Positions 58,914 to 64,000 of a stretch of 64,000 bases of DNA are shown here, in pieces (the first letter of the stretch is position 1; every line of letters starts with the position of its first letter). The position numbers were made by a program, and so were the translations under genes. Below the pieces are notes generated by a model, which worked only from the letters and a program-made list of their open reading frames with translations, was not told the DNA's origin and did no database searches. Source of the stretch: Bacteriovoracales bacterium (GTDB lineage: Bacteria; Bdellovibrionota; Bacteriovoracia; Bacteriovoracales; Bacteriovoracaceae); NCBI GenBank assembly GCA_038322885.1, contig JBBQGK010000005.1:1508-65507 (forward strand). The letters run 5' to 3'.

Positions 58914-59444
58914 CTAAGTTAAGTCGAAGACGAGATGGTTTTTGACCATTTCGTTAAAGCGGCTCGTGAGTTTTGAGTCTACAAAATTCTTATTGGATTG
59001 TGGGCCATCTTCAAGGTTTTCTAGCAGATTTAACGCTACCTCATCGAGTTCGACACTCCTAACCTTATCGTTTTTGTCTCTGAATAAGCATAAAACATGA
59101 GGCCGTTCATAAACTTCGACTTTTCCTTGGGCCGCATCGGCGAGCATCTTCATCACGTCGAATTCAAGAGACAAAAATAAGGCGGTCGGATTCAGGTGCA
59201 CACCAGGTTTCACGGGAAAGGGAAGGGAGGATGTTTTTGATTCAAAAAGCGCCATTTCGTAAAAGGCGAGTTCAAAAAGATACGGTGGGCAGTCACCTTC
59301 TTCAGCTTTTTGTTGAAGATATTCGGGAAAAGAAATATCTATGAAGTCGGTTTCATATTCTTTAATCACGATCGGCCAGTCGAGATCTGAAAAGATGGCG
59401 AGGCTAGGAAACATTTTTTGATAATCGTTCATAGACCCCGCCAA
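58914..59444 (-). CDS. DUF2063/HvfC-like protein (MNIO partner-like), N-terminally short
   Basis: FPEYL...PPYLFELAFYEMA and VHLNPTALFLSLEFDV match my recollection of the DUF2063/NGO1945 pattern. Confidence 0.6.
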   Translation of the reverse strand: MAGSMNDYQKMFPSLAIFSDLDWPIVIKEYETDFIDISFPEYLQQKAEEGDCPPYLFELAFYEMALFESKTSSLPFPVKPGVHLNPTALFLSLEFDVMKMLADAAQGKVEVYERPHVLCLFRDKNDKVRSVELDEVALNLLENLEDGPQSNKNFVDSKLTSRFNEMVKNHLVFDLT

Positions 59445-59456
59445 ATTTTGATCTAT

Positions 59457-59657
59457 TTATTTCTTCTTTTCTTCTTTTTCGTGTTCAGCTTTTTCTTCAG
59501 CAGCTGATTCATGCTTTTCATGACCATCATGATCTTTCATTTCTTCAGTTTTTGTATGGCCTTTTCCTTCATGTTTTTTGTGACCTTTTTTGTGTTCAGC
59601 AAAAGCACTTGAAGCGGCGAGAGTAAGCACGAGAGCAAAAGCGATAGCAAATTTCAT
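59457..59657 (-). CDS. small secreted His/Lys/Glu-rich peptide
   Basis: Signal peptide ending AFA; 8 His in the 46-aa mature part, no Cys; AAGGAG RBS. Confidence 0.8.
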   Translation of the reverse strand: MKFAIAFALVLTLAASSAFAEHKKGHKKHEGKGHTKTEEMKDHDGHEKHESAAEEKAEHEKEEKKK

Positions 59658-59704
59658 AAAACTCCTTATATTGTTTGGGACATTGACTTTTCGGAATAAT
59701 ACCC

Positions 59705-60004
59705 ATGAAATTAAGAATTATGAACGATTTTCCACAAGAAAAATATATTGAGCTTGAGAACAATCCTTACTTGCTTGGTCGGGTAGTTATCCATCATGTT
59801 AAGAATGATTATCATTGTGAGATAGACATCATTCACAAAGAATCTCATAAGATTTTTCGTCATGTGGAGATTGTTTATAATCAGCAATCCTCAGAAGAAG
59901 CACTTATCACGGGTGTCCAAAGATTGCGGGTCTTTTTAGAAAGGGTTGAAGCTGAGAGTGTCGGCGAGGATGTGACTGATGATAAAGAGAAGATTTTACA
60001 CTAA
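59705..60004 (+). CDS. hypothetical protein
   Basis: 99-aa ORF filling the gap; no motif recognised. Confidence 0.7.
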   Translation: MKLRIMNDFPQEKYIELENNPYLLGRVVIHHVKNDYHCEIDIIHKESHKIFRHVEIVYNQQSSEEALITGVQRLRVFLERVEAESVGEDVTDDKEKILH

Positions 60005-60057
60005 GAGTATTTTGGTGGGATAATGAGCTCGGGCGACTTAGGACGAGGACGCAAGGC

Positions 60058-60855
60058 TTGATACAATTAGAATTTTTTCCAAGGCTCGAACTTAAAGGTT
60101 TATCTGACTTTCAAAAGTTGGAGTCTGCTCAGTTGCCTCTCTCTGATAAAAAACTCATCATCCAGATCGCAGATTTTTTTCAAACTCCTAAGGCAAACGA
60201 CGTGATCCGCCGCCAGCATGCGGGCATTTTAGATAAGATCCTAGGGGTCAGAGTTCGTTACATTGAAGAAATGATGATTGCTGAAGCGCGAGGATTTGAG
60301 CCCGATGGAACTCATGAAACCTGGGGGCCAAAACTCCACGAGGGTGCGCAAACTTGGGTGGGACTTGATATCCAAACTTTGCAAACTCCGTACTCAGAAT
60401 GTCTTCGTATTCTTCAACTCTTAAAGATTAAGCCCTATCAGCACGTCGTAGATTTAGGAGCGGCCTATGGCCGCATGGGAATCGTGATTGGTGGGCTCTA
60501 TATCAAAAATTCATTCACTGGATTTGAGTACGTGAAGTCAAGAGTGGACGAAGGTAATCGTGTCTATAGAGAACTCGGGATGTCTCGATCTAAACTTATT
60601 ACTCAGGATCTTTTTGATAAAAATTTCGAGATGCCAGAGGCCGATATTTACTTTATCTACGACTACGGACAAGTAGAGCATATCGACCACACCCTCAAGC
60701 AACTCGAGGCTGTGGCACAGAAAAGACCCATCAAGGTTGTTGTTCGAGGAAAATTCACGAAGCAAATCATCGCAGACAGGCACCCATGGCTTGATCTTCA
60801 GTATGTGGGTAAACTGGAAGAGCTCTTTTCGATTTATTCCGCTTTCATCGCCTGA
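60058..60855 (+). CDS. class I SAM-dependent methyltransferase
   Basis: VVDLGAAYGRMG, TGFEY, QDLF, YFIYDY. Confidence 0.8.
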   Translation: MIQLEFFPRLELKGLSDFQKLESAQLPLSDKKLIIQIADFFQTPKANDVIRRQHAGILDKILGVRVRYIEEMMIAEARGFEPDGTHETWGPKLHEGAQTWVGLDIQTLQTPYSECLRILQLLKIKPYQHVVDLGAAYGRMGIVIGGLYIKNSFTGFEYVKSRVDEGNRVYRELGMSRSKLITQDLFDKNFEMPEADIYFIYDYGQVEHIDHTLKQLEAVAQKRPIKVVVRGKFTKQIIADRHPWLDLQYVGKLEELFSIYSAFIA

Positions 60856-61661
60856 CAAATCCAATTCTCTGAACCATTGAGCGCAGTTTTCTTTTCAAGA
60901 AAGAGAATGCATTTCTTTTTCTGTGCAAAACTTACAGCAAAATAAACCATGGGGCGATCAAATTTTTTCTCAGTCTCATTCCATGCCGAGGTTTTAAAAA
61001 AATGGGCCTGATCTTTGAAGTACTTCCGCCAAGGAAGTTTTTTAAACGTCACGTCCGGAAGAAGTTTAATACCTTTAGCGGTATAGCCCATCCATATTGG
61101 AAAGGCGCGGTCCTGGAAAGTGTATTCAACCTTGCTGAACATAACCTTACCCATTTCAATTTCATAGCGCTCAGGCATGACTTTAAAAATAAAACCTTCG
61201 GGGCGCCGGTAAGTTTTTGAAACTGAGACATGGGTCTCAATCGCTTCGAGGGCCTTCATTTCTTTGAAGTCGTAGAGCTGAATCACGAGTTGATTGTAGT
61301 TGGGCCGATTCTCTCCACCAAAAAGAAAGGCCACTGTGTCGCCTTGAATGGGATAGGCGGTGGATTTACTGCAAACCGAATCTTTATCGCGGTAGAAACG
61401 GAAGAGACTCGCCTGGGCCCGAGAAAACTTGAAAGCTTCAACATAATCTTCAATTTTAAAGAATGTATATTCACCGTATCCTCTTTCCTTAGTTTCAGTG
61501 AATTTTGATCCACCCCGAATCAGAAGTTCGAGCCTTTTATTTTTAAAGGTACAGAAACTATTATCGCGAGCAAAAGTTTTTTCAAACAGATCTTGCGAGC
61601 TTGTGTCCTGGTTGGCGAAGGCCTGGGATGCTGTCATCAGCAATAGAAAGAAAAATCTCAT
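60834..61661 (-). CDS. secreted hypothetical protein
   Basis: Signal peptide MRFFFLLLMTASQAFA. Confidence 0.75.
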   Translation of the reverse strand: MRFFFLLLMTASQAFANQDTSSQDLFEKTFARDNSFCTFKNKRLELLIRGGSKFTETKERGYGEYTFFKIEDYVEAFKFSRAQASLFRFYRDKDSVCSKSTAYPIQGDTVAFLFGGENRPNYNQLVIQLYDFKEMKALEAIETHVSVSKTYRRPEGFIFKVMPERYEIEMGKVMFSKVEYTFQDRAFPIWMGYTAKGIKLLPDVTFKKLPWRKYFKDQAHFFKTSAWNETEKKFDRPMVYFAVSFAQKKKCILFLEKKTALNGSENWICQAMKAE

Positions 61662-61817
61662 ACCGCTAAGCTTAACCCCGAAGCCCGTTTTTATCTAGGG
61701 GAGTTAGTTTGAAAACGGGCTCAATGAAGGTCACCTAGGCCCTTTCAAGTCGGAAACTATCTGAATTTTTTACATCACCATCACCTCTCAAGGCAAAAGC
61801 GAGTTATAAATGACCGC

Positions 61818-62468
61818 ATGAAAACACTTTTATTTGCCTTCCTTCTTGGGTCGACTCTTTCTTTTGCCAATGACGGACTCACCATCCCAAATTCTTTTAA
61901 AGTCGACGTTACAGGGCACGTGTACCGTGGCAAAGAGCCTAAGGCGCAGGTGAAGGAACTAAAATCTATTGGAATAACCGACGTGATCATTTTTAAAAAT
62001 GACGTGAAGGGTGAAGTTGCTCAAGAGATTAATGATCTTAAAAGTCTAGGAATCACTCCTCACCATATTCCGTTTCAATGGAAAGACTATAAGAGTATGC
62101 AGGAAGCTTGCGAACAAGTTATCGAGGCCCTCACCATCATTGAAAATGTGAAGGCAAAAAATGATAAAGTCTATTTCCACTGTACGGCCGGCGAAGACCG
62201 TACCGGTACACTGGCGGGCCTCTACCGCATGTTGGATGAACACCTAACCATGGACCAAACCTTTCACCAGGAAATGTGTCCTCGAGGATTCAGCGATGGA
62301 AATCCAAACAAACCAGGAATGGTCACTGGGGCAATCCAAAAAGAACTCACTCCACTTTTTATCGCACTTGCCGGAAAAATTGAAAGAGGAGAATGGCGCG
62401 CGGGATCTCTCAACAAGAAAACCTGTGCTAACATTACGGTCGCTCCAACAAAGTTGAAGTGTCGTTAA
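61818..62468 (+). CDS. secreted protein-tyrosine/dual-specificity phosphatase-like protein
   Basis: HCTAGEDRTG (CX5R) P-loop; signal peptide ending SFA. Confidence 0.85.
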   Translation: MKTLLFAFLLGSTLSFANDGLTIPNSFKVDVTGHVYRGKEPKAQVKELKSIGITDVIIFKNDVKGEVAQEINDLKSLGITPHHIPFQWKDYKSMQEACEQVIEALTIIENVKAKNDKVYFHCTAGEDRTGTLAGLYRMLDEHLTMDQTFHQEMCPRGFSDGNPNKPGMVTGAIQKELTPLFIALAGKIERGEWRAGSLNKKTCANITVAPTKLKCR

Positions 62469-63061
62469 TGGATAAAATGCTGAAGATACTCTCGAATCAG
62501 GTCTTGATCTTCTAAAGATAACTTCGCTGCCTTCTTAGGCATACTTCCAGATGTGACAACCTTTAAGAAAAGACTCTTCAGTGGCCTTTTCTTATCAATC
62601 CACTTCATTAGATTTTCTTCGCTGGTTATATTCTGATGACATTGAACACAGCTCGGGATCAGGATTTGTTTTTGAATTCGAATGAAATCGACTTTCCCAG
62701 ATGGAGGAGTGGCAACTTTTAAGTTGTTGATGTAGGTCATGACCACTTCGAGTTCAAGAGTTGAAAGAGGGGAAGACCCCTTGGGCATAGATCCATCTTC
62801 GACTTCGGTAAAAAGCTTTGAGAACTCTGGCTTCTTGGGCACGACATACTTCGCGATCCCTTCTTCCGTGGCAAAGTTCTGATGACAAGAAATACATTTC
62901 CCATCTAGGATTTTTGATTTTAAACCTGCAAAGGTTTCCAAGTCATTGACGGTGATGCTTCCGGTACGAGTGTCCGGTGCAGAAAATTGGAGATCGGATT
63001 TCTTTTCACCGACACAGGCCTGACCCAGGGCCAAAAGCATGAGTAAAAATAATTTGTTCAT
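62465..63061 (-). CDS. di-heme c-type cytochrome lipoprotein (tandem duplicated domains)
   Basis: Lipobox GQA-C; CISCH...SMPK and CVQCH...SMPK; start set at MNKLF behind AGGAG. Confidence 0.85.
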   Translation of the reverse strand: MNKLFLLMLLALGQACVGEKKSDLQFSAPDTRTGSITVNDLETFAGLKSKILDGKCISCHQNFATEEGIAKYVVPKKPEFSKLFTEVEDGSMPKGSSPLSTLELEVVMTYINNLKVATPPSGKVDFIRIQKQILIPSCVQCHQNITSEENLMKWIDKKRPLKSLFLKVVTSGSMPKKAAKLSLEDQDLIREYLQHFIH

Positions 63062-63072
63062 AAAGTCTCTCC

Positions 63073-63888
63073 TTAGCGAGCTACGTTCCACCATACGTCA
63101 CCATCTTCACCATCAAGCTTTAAAAAATCCCAGATTTTAGCGTCGTAAAAAATATTCGACGGAATCGATGGCAGATCCACTGCTTCTTCGTGAAAGAGCA
63201 TGGGAGCTTTCATGAGCTCCACCCGGTCAAGTTGGTTCACCAACTTAATGCGGTAGTCGGAATCTGGAAGTACTCGCACGTTCACGCACTTCATCTGGAC
63301 TGAGTCTGGAATGATTTGATTAAAGGTACGAGCAAGAGTTCCCGAGCCCACGGGAAGCCACAGAGTTTTAATAGGCCTCATGATCTTTCGTTCAAGGTAA
63401 CTCCACTGCAGCGTGAGTTCTTTTTTTAAGTGGTCACGGAAAATAGGGGAATCAAATCCCAGAGGAAGTTGAATCGTATCGGGAGTTTCCTGCGAAAAGC
63501 GAAACGCCACTTCATTCGCCTCTTCCAGATTATCCACCATGAGAATATGAGCCCCAAAGGAATGGGCGAGCATGGAGAAGGGATGGAGCCTTTCAATTTT
63601 AGGATAGCGTTTATCTTTTTCACAGACGATCGTGCAAGAATACCCAAGCTTCTGAGCGGTGTAGGCGAGAGCGATTTGAGCAAAGCCAGAGAAGGGACTC
63701 GCGTAGACGAAGTTTTTGTAACCGGCCAAAGCAAGGTCTTTTAAATAAGGTGCACAGGCGCGCTGTTTGGTTCCACCTGTCAGGAGATCATCTCGAACCA
63801 CGAAACGCGTGCCATTCCAGGCAGAGAGTTCAGAGATCTGAACCACGGGTGAGAAATCATGCTCTAGAGACTCAGATAGTATTTCCAT
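63073..63888 (-). CDS. fold-type II PLP-dependent enzyme (distant ACC deaminase/D-cysteine desulfhydrase relative)
   Basis: VVRDDLLTGGTKQR (PLP Lys), PVGSGT phosphate loop, FYDAK; start set at MEIL behind GGGAG. Confidence 0.75.
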   Translation of the reverse strand: MEILSESLEHDFSPVVQISELSAWNGTRFVVRDDLLTGGTKQRACAPYLKDLALAGYKNFVYASPFSGFAQIALAYTAQKLGYSCTIVCEKDKRYPKIERLHPFSMLAHSFGAHILMVDNLEEANEVAFRFSQETPDTIQLPLGFDSPIFRDHLKKELTLQWSYLERKIMRPIKTLWLPVGSGTLARTFNQIIPDSVQMKCVNVRVLPDSDYRIKLVNQLDRVELMKAPMLFHEEAVDLPSIPSNIFYDAKIWDFLKLDGEDGDVWWNVAR

Positions 63889-63973
63889 AAAACTCCCTTT
63901 CATCTTAGTTACAGTGGACAGGGAGTCCCATCAATGTAATATTTGGAAACAGGTGTTTACCGAAGGGATACGC

Positions 63974-64000
63974 ATGAATGTAGAAGATGTAAAATTACGT
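63974..64000 (+). CDS. 5' end of a gene running off the window (MNVEDVKLR...)
   Basis: ATG behind AAGGG; only 9 codons visible. Confidence 0.4.

Noticed and set aside
1-64000. Prophage, IS element, integron, tRNA or rRNA genes, defence islands
   Set aside because: No integrase, transposase, phage structural, tRNA T-loop or rRNA signatures seen by eye; many short antisense ORFs in the track are shadows of the annotated genes.

Overview
A 64-kb chromosomal window of mostly housekeeping genes mixed with many secreted and lipoprotein hypotheticals. Gene content and style suggest a predatory Bdellovibrionota, most likely Bacteriovoracaceae (inference, not a database result). Recognisable genes: uppP, cinA, typA, an NfeD/SPFH pair, guaD, xth, mdh, speD, murD, kynA, an Xaa-Pro aminopeptidase, serC, tgt, a DEAD-box helicase, queE, phoD, rhtA, sdhCAB and a CPD photolyase. 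I saw no tRNA, rRNA, CRISPR array, integrase or transposase. Main observations beyond routine annotation: (1) a secreted protein (49632-51263) whose 30 cysteines have mirror-symmetric spacing around a central turn, implying a long disulfide-laddered hairpin, behind a sigma54-type promoter; (2) a LOV blue-light domain fused to a His-less, kinase-less DHp-like helix pair (45977-46501); (3) a His-rich, Cys-free secreted peptide followed by an orphan DUF2063/HvfC-like protein and photolyase, with no DUF692/MNIO enzyme in the window; (4) a Phytophthora GP42-type transglutaminase; (5) a Tgt lacking its three zinc-binding cysteines; (6) three small ORFs missed by the ORF track, a recurrent R-x-P-A-S motif, a set of sigma28-type promoters and a candidate five-helix structured RNA. 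All family assignments are from motif recognition by eye and need HMM or structure confirmation.
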